Of a DNA stretch of 22,578 bases, positions 1 to 8,700 are shown in pieces. The stretch's first letter is position 1. Every line of letters begins with the position of its first letter. The position numbers and the translations under genes were made by a program. The notes below the pieces were generated by a model. It ran no database searches. It saw only the letters and a list, made by a program, of their open reading frames with translations, and was not told where the DNA came from. The DNA is from an uncultured bacterium (GTDB lineage Bacteria; Lernaellota; Lernaellaia; Lernaellales; Lernaellaceae). The stretch is from positions 1 to 22,578 of the forward strand of contig CAZHPN010000091.1 in assembly GCA_964534375.1 (NCBI GenBank), written 5' to 3'.

Positions 1-2
1 GT

Positions 3-467
3 GTCGATTCGACCCTGACTCCACCGGGCCGTTCCGTGTGGAGGGAAATCTGGGACGATGTTACCGTCAATCTCCAGGGCCACGTTTCCAAGTACGGCAT
101 CAATTCTCTGCGGCGGCGACTCGACGGCGTGAGCGATGAGACGGTCGTCGTTGGAACCCACCACCCGATCATTGACATGCGCCCGCCAGTCGAACGGTTG
201 CGACAGGTCCTGCGCCCGCCATTTGCGCCGCCGGTCAACGCGGACGCGCTCGCGGCGGTGCTGAGGACGACGCACAACATCGTGCTGTGCGGTCACGACC
301 ATCCGTCGGCGCCGCGGTATGGAGAACTCGACGGATTGGAGGTGTTCCTGGGAACCGCTTCCGGGCTTGTCACGTCGTGGAAGGGGTTGAGCTACCGGAT
401 TTTCGAGGTCTCGCCGCGCGGCAAATACAGAATTCCGGACATTTTCGTGAACGTCGAGGGGGTGTGA
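3..467 (+). CDS. Calcineurin-like metallophosphoesterase (CpdA/Icc-like), C-terminal part; 5' end outside window
   Basis: Frame is open from base 3 (VDSTLTPP...). Motifs DST...QGHVS, VVVGTHHP and VLCGHDH match the later metal-binding motifs of this family. Confidence 0.8.
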   Translation, partial: VDSTLTPPGRSVWREIWDDVTVNLQGHVSKYGINSLRRRLDGVSDETVVVGTHHPIIDMRPPVERLRQVLRPPFAPPVNADALAAVLRTTHNIVLCGHDHPSAPRYGELDGLEVFLGTASGLVTSWKGLSYRIFEVSPRGKYRIPDIFVNVEGV

Positions 468-469
468 CC

Positions 470-646
470 ATGCCACCGTTCATCGAAATCGGCAATGTCG
501 TGTACGCCGTCGTCGGCTGGGAACCGGACATGCCGGAGCGCGAGCGGTATGAACTCCGGCGGCTGTCGGCGGAGGAGGAGCGGCGTTACCGGCAATGTCG
601 GCGGGAGTCCGACGTGGAGTTGTGGGCTAACATGCACGGTGAATGA
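470..646 (+). CDS. Small hypothetical protein (58 aa, MPPFIEIG...NMHGE)
   Basis: ATG at 470 is 2 nt after the upstream TGA and follows GAGGGGGTG (SD-like). It is the 3' part of track ORF 287..646. Confidence 0.6.
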   Translation: MPPFIEIGNVVYAVVGWEPDMPERERYELRRLSAEEERRYRQCRRESDVELWANMHGE

Positions 647-714
647 GCACGGACGGGCAGAATGCCTTCCAGGGCTTCGGCCCTCTTTTTACATTCCGCC
701 GCCCGAACAAAATC

Positions 715-2874
715 TCAACTGTATTTGGTTTCGAGGCGGCGATGAATCATGGGGCGAAAAAGGGAAAATTCTTTGTAAAAATTGCGAATTCCAGTTGTGC
801 CGAAACGAAACACGTGAAAAACCTCATCCAGGTCTGCCGGGTCTGCTAATTCATCCAAGATCAGTGATAAGTGGGATATGCTCATAAACCACGTGCCAAG
901 CATTACCGGATCAAGCTTACTGCCAAGCATCTTTCGCAATTCACTCACAGTATTTTCAAGCCTTTCTAGGAACTTGTTCAAATCCGCAATCCCCCTCTCG
1001 GTTGCTGTGTCGGCACCGGATAATAGCTGATATCTCTTCCCCAGCATTGAGTTGATGAGCTTGGCCGCAAAAAACCTATCGTGATAAGCTGCAAAGTCGT
1101 GAAGCGTTAGTGACACCCTGTTTACGAAGCGCGAACGCAATTCGATGCTAGAAAGTTCTCGATGCGTGTTCTTGTCCTTCAAGATGATCGCACCGGCCCG
1201 TCGTAGTTCCAATTCGACTCTCATGGCTTGCTGCTGACCATGTAGTAAAGTTTGAGCCAAATCTCGGTAAATCGCCGCATCGTATCCAGCCGACGCCGCT
1301 GGCGACAGGTCCTTGGCCTTGCACTCAAAGATGTAAATACCGCGCGGTGTTTCAACTAGCGCGTCAACTTCCGCAATGGGGGCGCGACGAGGCCCCATGA
1401 TGCCATAGTGCACAGTGAAGCCCTTTTCGGACAACAAAGAACGCACTGCCTCTTCAAATGCGTGACCGTACTTTTCACTCCAATCGTTGGCATAGATTCG
1501 GCGAACGGCGTCGAAAACAACGTCATATAGGCCATTCGCCCCTATTGATGAATGGAAATAACTGTAAATATCAGATCCAAGGTGAACAAGCGGTCTTTTA
1601 TGAACGTTTATTTTGTCAATGTCGAAAATGGATGCGACCTGAGCGTTCGGGTCCGGCGGGTCGTGAGAAGCAAGTTTCAGGTAGGCGTCGATTTCAGCTG
1701 GCGCTAATGGTTCCGCCGTGCGAGCCTCCTTCGCCCATCGAAGAACGTCGTCTCTGGCGAACGGGAGAGGAAGCCCGATGTTTCTGACCGCCCGGTTTCT
1801 TGTCTCGACGATGACTCGTTCGTGCAGTTGAACAAGTGCATCGACACTTATGCCAAGCAAAGCTTTCAGTTCGTCCTTTTTTTCGACCCAAGAAAACATT
1901 GTTCTCAACTGGAATAAGGCGTCGGACACCCTCGTTTGTCGGAAGTCAAAAATGTTGTCGTAACGGGCAGATTCTTGTAGAATTCGGCTTTCATCGCCGG
2001 GCGCGAAGAAAAGTCCTTCAAACGCTGAATAGGGCTGGATATCGAGGGCAGCCGCAAGATCGGTTGCCAGCGCAGTCAAGTTTGTCCACTTTTCTCGATC
2101 AGCGCGGTGCGGAGCGGCGCGGATATGTTTGAAGGCTAGGTTCAAAATAAAGCCAAAGGGAACCTGGGCATCCTTTTGTGTGGAAGCTCCCACCGCTCGC
2201 GCCAACAGAAATCGCTCCATTATTTCGTCGTATTGGCGGCGTTGACGGAGGTCCGAGATAATTTCCGCGATCACGGTCGGGCCAGATAGCGAGGCCACCA
2301 TGCGCTCAACCTCCCGCGAAATTGCCAAAATAGCTTCATCGTCCAATGTAACGCGGCCATCTTGATGCTGGATTCCGAGCGATGGGAACCGTTCGCGAAG
2401 ACGTTTCACGGCGGAAAAATGTTCGAATTCTCTAGGGTAGAGACGGCGATCCCGCGGATCGGGCCATTCGGTGGGCGAAATTGCATGGTAACTATGAACG
2501 AGAGCCAATACTGCGCGCCAATCGACGGATTCAGCGTCCCTTTCGGCTTGTCGATCAACAAAACCAAATAAGAGCTCCATGATTTGAAAATATTGATCAT
2601 CACTACGGTCGAAGACCAGAATCTCCGCTAAGAACTCACTTATGACAATTCGAATCGAATCGCTGAGGCGTCCACTTTTGTCAGGCAAAAGCGCCTTCAA
2701 TTTCGTTACGATGCTGTCCAAGACAACCTGTAGGCGGTAGTGCTGTCCGTCGCCTTCGATTGAAAAAAGCCGGTACAGATCAGGAAGAGTCGTCTCGCGC
2801 CGAACGTCGGAAATTGCGGCAGCGTAGTCGATAGCTTCCCTTACGAGTTGGCGCGTCAGCCCTGACGATGACAT
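715..2874 (-). CDS. 719-aa protein with C-terminal PD-(D/E)XK (NERD/restriction-endonuclease-like) nuclease domain
   Basis: Long ORF in lower-GC DNA with motifs GHAFEEAV...EVDALV...YIFECK...HGQQQA (E...D...ExK...Q). The N-terminal ~430 aa look helical and are not recognised. Confidence 0.8.
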   Translation of the reverse strand: MSSSGLTRQLVREAIDYAAAISDVRRETTLPDLYRLFSIEGDGQHYRLQVVLDSIVTKLKALLPDKSGRLSDSIRIVISEFLAEILVFDRSDDQYFQIMELLFGFVDRQAERDAESVDWRAVLALVHSYHAISPTEWPDPRDRRLYPREFEHFSAVKRLRERFPSLGIQHQDGRVTLDDEAILAISREVERMVASLSGPTVIAEIISDLRQRRQYDEIMERFLLARAVGASTQKDAQVPFGFILNLAFKHIRAAPHRADREKWTNLTALATDLAAALDIQPYSAFEGLFFAPGDESRILQESARYDNIFDFRQTRVSDALFQLRTMFSWVEKKDELKALLGISVDALVQLHERVIVETRNRAVRNIGLPLPFARDDVLRWAKEARTAEPLAPAEIDAYLKLASHDPPDPNAQVASIFDIDKINVHKRPLVHLGSDIYSYFHSSIGANGLYDVVFDAVRRIYANDWSEKYGHAFEEAVRSLLSEKGFTVHYGIMGPRRAPIAEVDALVETPRGIYIFECKAKDLSPAASAGYDAAIYRDLAQTLLHGQQQAMRVELELRRAGAIILKDKNTHRELSSIELRSRFVNRVSLTLHDFAAYHDRFFAAKLINSMLGKRYQLLSGADTATERGIADLNKFLERLENTVSELRKMLGSKLDPVMLGTWFMSISHLSLILDELADPADLDEVFHVFRFGTTGIRNFYKEFSLFRPMIHRRLETKYS

Positions 2875-2884
2875 GTGACTTGCA

Positions 2885-2899
2885 CCGCAATCGTTGCGG
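2885..2899. promoter_or_regulatory. Inverted repeat, candidate operator at the predicted transcription start
   Basis: CCGCAA-TCG-TTGCGG lies between the -10 box and the start codon. Confidence 0.4.
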
Positions 2900-2904
2900 A
2901 TGGA

Positions 2905-2933
2905 ACGCTATTCGGGCTGGCGGATAAAGTCAA
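2905..2933 (-). promoter_or_regulatory. Sigma70-type promoter of the nuclease gene
   Basis: Minus strand TTGACT (2933-2928), 17-nt spacer, TAGCGT (2910-2905), ending 30 nt upstream of the ATG. Confidence 0.6.
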
Positions 2934-3012
2934 ACCCCTGAACCGAAGACACATGCGATTACTGATGGTGACGGCCACGGGCCACCCGCCCGGCGCGTCT
3001 ATGCGAACGGCG

Positions 3013-3225
3013 TCAGTCCACTTCGCTCCACCTCTTCACCTCGGCGAGCATCCCCAGCAGCAGCCGGATGGTCTTTTCATCTTCGCGCGCCACCAGCGCC
3101 AGCAGGTCGTGCAGCTGTTCCTTGCGCGGTTTGTCCGCCGGGAAGCAGGCTGCCATCAACTCCGCGGGCGTGACGGCCAAGCTCGTGGCCAGCTTGACCA
3201 CCTTCGGCGAGGTGATGTTGGTCCG
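3013..3225 (-). pseudogene. 5'-truncated XRE-family HTH regulator
   Basis: Reads RTNITSPKVVKLATSLAVTPAELM, like the last helices of an XRE domain, plus a helical tail. Upstream in-frame sequence is non-homologous and hits TGA, so the HTH helices are missing. Confidence 0.6.
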
Positions 3226-3276
3226 GGCGACGGGAACAACGGCACGATCAACGGCCCGACGTGGTACGAACGGTAG
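3226..3276 (+). pseudogene. 3' remnant of a LamG/concanavalin-like domain gene
   Basis: Reads GDGNNGTINGPTWYER*, resembling the GxGNNGTINGxTW segment of LamG-like domains. Begins where XRE similarity ends on the other strand. Confidence 0.45.
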
Positions 3277-3446
3277 GCCAAATCATAGCAAAATAACTGG
3301 TAAGGGGCACGTCTCGGTCTGGCCCCTAATTTTTCGGCGGGGTTTGAGAGAAACCCCTGGTCTCTCGATTTTTTGTGCCCATAATTTTTTCCCTAGCCGC
3401 TGTCCAGACAGTCAGGACACGACCGGCCAATAGAGTCGCGGGAAGA

Positions 3447-4184
3447 ATGAGCCCCCCCCAAATTTTTCATGCGGCTCTTGGCCAGTCACGTTTCCGGGGG
3501 ACCCGATTTCCCACGGTCGATGACGCCTCCGCCGGCGGCGTGCTGCAAACCGGCGGCTGGCTGCATCAGATTTTTGCGGACGCGCTGAACGTCGCGACGG
3601 TCATCGCGCCGGATGGCGGGTTGCTGCCGGGCGTGGTCAACGCGAACAACATCAACGGGGCGATCCTCGGGCCGGGCCAGATTCAGCCACGGCCGATGCT
3701 GTCGCTAAGTACCTTGACCGCGCAAACGATATACAGCGCGGCCGAGCAGGAGCTCATTTGGAACACCGTCAACTTTCCTGCCGTTGGGAGCATCTTCACC
3801 GTCGTCAAGCCATCGCCAAGCACTCCCAACGGCCAAATCCAGGCTGGCGTGGCGTGCAAGGCGCGGGTTTCGGGGTTTATTTCATTCCAAGGGTTGACCT
3901 ACACGGCGGGAGCATTTCAAGCCGGCGACAATATACAGGTCTATCTCAAGCAAGATAGCGGCGCCGAATGGGTATTGGGGCAATCGTTTGTTGACGCCAG
4001 CGGAACCTAGGCAATTCCGGTTTCGTTCGACACAACAATCAGTTTGGCATCCAACGAACAATTCGGAATTTGGCTACAATTGGCGGTCAACGGTTCTGGG
4101 GCTGAGGCTACCATCCAAAATGAGGCCTATGAGTCAGGTGCCGCAACCCCGATATATCTTTGCGTCGAGCAAGCGGACTACTAG
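3447..4184 (+). pseudogene. Beta-sandwich (C1q/tail-fibre-tip-like) protein gene with internal TAG at 4008-4010; start uncertain
   Basis: After the TAG the same frame continues 57 codons (AIPVSFDTTISLASNEQFGIWLQ...LCVEQADY*) to TAG 4182-4184, which overlaps the stop of the convergent gene (CTAG). Composition is beta-strand rich. Confidence 0.6.
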
Positions 4185-4564
4185 CTCGGCATCTCGCACG
4201 CCTGTACGCACGACGCCATGATCGAACACTCCGCGCGGTTGTCGATAATGCAATTCGCGATGCAGCCGCCCAGCCCGAGCCCGTATTTTCCGCCCTCGCA
4301 ATAATCTGGAAGATCGTTCGGGAAAATCAGGTCTCCGTTGTCGTCGCGAAAGGTAATCCCGCAGTCTGTGGCGATCCCGTATACCTCGCTGCACGTCCAC
4401 CCGTCCTCCGTGTCGTCATCCGCGGCCGGGCTGGCGTCGTCATCCGCCGGCGAGTCGTCGTCAACCGGCACGTAGACGGTTTTGGTCTTCGTCGGCGAGG
4501 CGCAAGCGAAGGCCAGCGCCAAGGCGAGAATCAAGGCAATCGTCGGGGAAAATACGCGGTTCAT
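4181..4564 (-). CDS. Predicted lipoprotein with Asp-rich linker and 8-Cys domain
   Basis: Signal peptide with lipobox LAFAC, linker DDDSPADDDASPAADDD, eight further Cys, and GGAGA SD upstream. Confidence 0.85.
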   Translation of the reverse strand: MNRVFSPTIALILALALAFACASPTKTKTVYVPVDDDSPADDDASPAADDDTEDGWTCSEVYGIATDCGITFRDDNGDLIFPNDLPDYCEGGKYGLGLGGCIANCIIDNRAECSIMASCVQACEMPS

Positions 4565-4591
4565 GGTCTTTCTCCAAAGTGGTGCGATCGC

Positions 4592-4620
4592 GGCATACCA
4601 AAAACGCGCCCGGGCGTCAA
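4592..4620 (-). promoter_or_regulatory. Possible sigma70 promoter of the lipoprotein gene
   Basis: TTGACG (4620-4615), 17-nt spacer ending TGG (extended -10), then a weak -10 TATGCC. Confidence 0.4.
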
Positions 4621-4962
4621 TTATAATTTCCGGGGGCCGCCGCCGCTCGAAGCCGGGACGATGTGTCCGAACTCCAACGAGCCATCGACGGCTACGCCCG
4701 CTTCCTGAACCTCACGCAGAAATACGCCGATGAATTCATTCGTCTTTCGCGGCCAAAACGGGAACAGAATGCAAGAAAAAGGGAATCTTCCGCCACGAGA
4801 CGGCGGCGGTCCGACCAAACATAGAATTTAGATGCGTTTACCCTGGCGCCGTGGTCCGCCGCGCGATCGCCGCCCGGGTTCGCCCGATTGCACCATGCGT
4901 CGTGGGGCGCGTATCATTCCACACAAACCAACCTGCCGGACGCGGGACACAGAGGCGATGCC

Positions 4963-5322
4963 ATGAAACGAACCAGGGAAAGCGTCTTGACTGCCGAACG
5001 TCGGCAACTCGCGATCGTCAAAAAAGCCCTCGGCGTCGCCTTAGAACTCGCCTATGACCTTCACCGCGACATTCCGTATGGCGACGAATGCAACGTTGAC
5101 CGGTTGGCGCGGGAGGTAAAAGAACTCGTAACCGACGCCGGCGCCCGCGTCAGAGCGTTGAAATCACTTCAGGGTATGATTGACCCAGCGACGGGCGAGC
5201 CCTTTTATCCCGTCCTGGTTTGCGTGTACGAGGGAACGCTGGACGCCGACGCCCACCCAAAGATTTCCCGATCGCGCAAAAGGGCGCCACGCGACAGCAA
5301 AAAAAACTCCGGAACTGCTTGA
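4963..5322 (+). CDS. Hypothetical protein (119 aa, helical N-half, basic C-tail)
   Basis: ATG at 4963 with AGAGG at 4951-4955; 3' part of track ORF 4888..5322; followed by a terminator-like hairpin. Confidence 0.65.
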   Translation: MKRTRESVLTAERRQLAIVKKALGVALELAYDLHRDIPYGDECNVDRLAREVKELVTDAGARVRALKSLQGMIDPATGEPFYPVLVCVYEGTLDADAHPKISRSRKRAPRDSKKNSGTA

Positions 5323-5394
5323 AACACGCCGCGGGCCTGTGCTAGCCCCTTGTTCGCTGGTCGGGAGAGCTTCCGTCCGGCAGGTAAAACTTTT

Positions 5395-5439
5395 ACGGGG
5401 GCGCGTCGGATCCATCACCGGCGCACCCCGTCTCTTTTT
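5395..5439 (+). terminator. Probable intrinsic terminator
   Basis: ACGGGG-GC-GCGTCGG / 8-nt loop / CCGGCGC-A-CCCCGT followed by CTCTTTTT. Confidence 0.5.
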
Positions 5440-5654
5440 GCAACCCGGAAATCTCAGGAAGCGACGGTCGCACAAGGCCCGCGACCTATGCGCAAGAAGC
5501 ATCACCGGCCGAAAAACAGAAAGACCGAACGCGCGACAAATCGCCACCGCCCAACGACTTTATTCAATTTCGCGCAAAAAACAAAAAATGCGTGACATCG
5601 CAATAACAACGTTGTAAGAAAATATTCATGGTTTCCGCAATATCAAACCCAGAA

Positions 5655-5699
5655 CTCTTAATCCGTTGGTTCGGGGTTCAAATCCCCGGTGATCTACCA
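5655..5699 (+). tRNA. 3' fragment of tRNA-Lys(CTT), i.e. island att site, not a complete tRNA
   Basis: Anticodon loop CTCTTAA (5655-5661), T-arm CGGGG-TTCAAAT-CCCCG (5672-5688), acceptor strand GTGATCT, discriminator A, CCA (5697-5699). No D-arm or complementary 5' strands upstream. Confidence 0.9.
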
Positions 5700-5702
5700 A
5701 AG

Positions 5703-5740
5703 AAAACCCCAGGAAAACACGTCTTTTCCTGGGGTTTTTT
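5703..5740. terminator. Bidirectional rho-independent terminator
   Basis: Perfect 15-bp stem AAAACCCCAGGAAAA / CACGTC / TTTTCCTGGGGTTTT between the tRNA 3' end and the convergent gene ending at 5774. Confidence 0.9.
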
Positions 5741-5773
5741 GTTGGTTTTGCCGGAAAGGGAACGACCTCAGGC

Positions 5774-8700
5774 TCAGGCCGAGCCGCTCCGCTCCCGCAA
5801 ATACACTTCAAGATGACGGTTAATGTCGCCGACGCCGTCGTACATCATCGTGACGATCGGCATCGCGGTCTTTTTGCGGATATCCTGCAGGATCGCGCCG
5901 GAGATCGTCCCCGGCATGCAGCCGAACGGCGCGCAATTGACGACCAGCGCTGCGCCGGCCCGCGCGAATTCGATCGCCCGGCCGACGGTCAGGATCGCCT
6001 CGCCCTCGAAATTGATCGGCAAATAGTTCGCGCCGTGCGCGACAACGCGTTCGACCGGCGGCTCGCGGCGATCGTCGAGCAGCGGCGAGCACAAGTCGTA
6101 AAACTTTTGTTCGCTGCCGATCAGAAACCGGTTTTTCAGCAGGCTTTGCCCGCGGGCGAAGAAGCTCGCCAGGTTTTCCTTCGCCGACCAGCTTTGGTGA
6201 TAGGCGGTGTACAAAAACCACTCGGACACCGGCGTCAGCCACGCCTCGCCGCCGTACGACTCGATATGTTCGATGACGCGGCCGTTCGTGAACGGATTGC
6301 AGCGCACGTAGATCTCGCCGACGATGCCGACCAGCGGCCGTTTCTCCCGCCGCACGGGCAACGCGGCGAACGCCCGCGCCGTTGCGCGAATGGTCTCCGC
6401 CAGGCCCCTGCCCGATTCGAGCGCGGTCTCGATGCGCTTCGACCACTGCTCGCCGAGGTCGTCGGCGGCGCCGCGGTCGCGTTCGTACGGGCGCACCTTG
6501 CAGAGCATTTTCACCAGCAGGTCGGCGGTCAGGAACGCGCGCCACAATTCGCGGCGCACCGGCTCTTCCATGCCCTGGTACGAATCGATCGACGAGGCGG
6601 TCATGATCGGCACGTCTTCGTAGCCTTGCTCGTCGAGGATCATCCGTTGCAGCAGCACGTATTGGCCGTAGCGGCACGGCCCCTCGGCGGTGGCCATGAA
6701 AAACGCGTGTTCCTTCGGGTCCGCGCCGATCTCGCGAAACTTCTTCAGCAGCCCGCCGATCGTGACGCCGGTCGGCAGGCACTCGCTGCCGCGCGTCACC
6801 CGCCGGCCGATTTCGTACGCCTCGCGGTCCTCCACCGGCAGCGGCTGCGCGTGGAAGCGGTAGCGGCGCATCGCCGCGGCGCCAAAGCGGTTCACCCACG
6901 GCTGCATCGGCGGAATCCAGAGCGTTCGCCGCTTGAATTCTTCGTCGGGCGTCCGCGGCCGGCGCACCGGCGGCGCGGGCCGGCGCGGCCGCGCGTTCGC
7001 GACCACGTCGAGAAAGGCTTCGATGCGCGTGACGTAGCCCGTGTCGCCCGCGTGTTCGTCGAGTTCCAGCAGCAGCAACGGCTTGTCGCCGACGATGCGC
7101 TCGGCGTACGAGAGCAGAAAACTGTCCGGCCCGCAGTTGAAGTTGGTCAGGTAGACGGGAAACAGGCGCTCGGTCGCCGCGACCTGCTTGAGCCCCGCCA
7201 CGATCCGCTGGCCGTAATGCCAATAGATATTGCGATATTCCGCGCCGAGTTCGCGCGGGTCGAACGGCAAGAAGTCGAGCGGCACGACGGGAATGCCGTA
7301 ATCGGAAATCTTGCGCGGCAAATCGAGATTCGCGCCCGGATCGCCGCAATTGTACGGCCGCCCGAAAATCACGATCGCCTTTTTCCCCGCCGCGGCCAGT
7401 TCCGCCAGCGCCGCCGCGCCGGCCGCGCGGCACGCCTCCGCGAACCGCTCCTGCGCCGCCAGCGCCGCCGCCAGCGCGTCTTTGATGTCCTTCGGCGAGG
7501 CCCCGAGCGGCTCGCCCAGGGTCTTTTCGAACGACCGCCGCAGATGCGCTTCGTCCCAGCGCAAATCGAAAATCGGCGACAGCAGGTGCAGCGCCGCGGG
7601 GTCGAGGCCGCGCGATTCGTACGTCGCCGTCGCCACCGCGGCGTGGCTCATCACGTGCGGGCAGAACAACGGGTTGGTCGTGAAGTCGTTCGGCTGGCAG
7701 GCGATCATTTGCGGAATCAGCCGGTGCGCGAGCCCCGGCATCGCCGCCAGCTTCAGGGCGTGCCCGAGGGCGATTTTCACCGGGAAGCAAAAATCGCCGG
7801 CCGCGGCGCGCGGGCCGGTCGTGCGAATCTCGTCGTCGGTCGGCCCCGTCACGGCGACGCGGAAACCGAGGCGGTTGAGCAGCGCCGTCCAGAACGGCAA
7901 GAACGAGAAGGCGGACAGCGACATCCCCAGGCCGATCCGCGGCGCGCCGGCGGGCGCGGTCTGCTGCGCGAGGACGTCCGCCAGCAGCCGGTCGCGCTGG
8001 CGAAACAGCGCGAAATCCCGCGATACGCGCGCCTGCGTCGCCGCCGGCTCGCGGCCGCACTGATAGCCCCACGATGGCCGGTCCGGCGAATGCTCGACGT
8101 TGGCGTAGGTGATCTGGCAGCGGTTGTGGCAATAGCCGCACGTGTCGAAGGAAAGCTCGACGCGCCGCTCGGCCAGATCGAAGCCGCGGAACGCCGACGG
8201 CCCCTGCCCCGCCCGGCGCCGCGCGGCCAGCAGCGCCACGCCGTACGCGCCCATCTGGTGGCACAACGGCGAGACGACGACCTCGACGCCGAGCAGTTGC
8301 TCGAACGCGGCGACGAGCCCCTTGTTCCGCGCCGTGGCCCCCTGAAAAAAGATTCTGTCCTTGCTGACGCGGCGGCAGCCGACGACCTTGGCCAGGTAGT
8401 TCTTGGCGACCGAGTACATCACCGACGCGATCGCCTCGTCGCGCGTGAAACCGTGGCCGAGAAGCTGCGTCACGTCTTCTTCCATGAAAACGGTGCAGCG
8501 GTCGGACGAATGCGGCGGCGCGAGCCCGAGCACGACGTCGCCGATCTCCGCGACCTTGTACCCGAGCTTGTTCGCCTGCTCCTCGACGAACGAGCCCGTG
8601 CCGGCCGCGCACACGTAATTCATGTTCGCCTCGCGGATCGCGCCGTCCCTGAGGCTCATGAACTTCGAATCCTGGCCGCCGATTTCGAAAATCGTCTCGA

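Larger units (their letters stand above)
1..5699. mobile_element. Right end of a tRNA-Lys-integrated genomic island / decayed prophage (left end and integrase outside window)
   Basis: Ends in a 3' tRNA fragment lacking its 5' half. Contains gene remnants, small ORFans and lower-GC DNA (sampled 60-mers at 901 and 2041 are 42% and 55% GC; a host 60-mer at 7381 is 83%). Conserved metabolic genes resume right after 5740. Confidence 0.8.

Noticed and set aside
3226..3490. DGR template repeat or retron msr-msd
   Set aside because: No reverse transcriptase and no matching variable repeat in the window; the AAC codons fit a LamG-like peptide.
4008..4010. TAG reassignment (alternative genetic code) in the island
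   Set aside because: Only one internal TAG, while TAG appears to be a true stop at 3276, 4184 and 4181.
4580..4894. Inverted repeat TGGTGCGATCG / CGATTGCACCA as MITE ends
   Set aside because: Only about 11 bp with a mismatch and no target duplication seen; compatible with chance.
5624..5699. Complete tRNA-Lys gene
   Set aside because: The 5' half cannot form the acceptor, D or anticodon stems; only the 3' half is present.
5164..5816. Short overlapping ORFs near the att site
   Set aside because: No SD or motifs; they span terminators and the tRNA fragment, and no integrase residues are recognisable.
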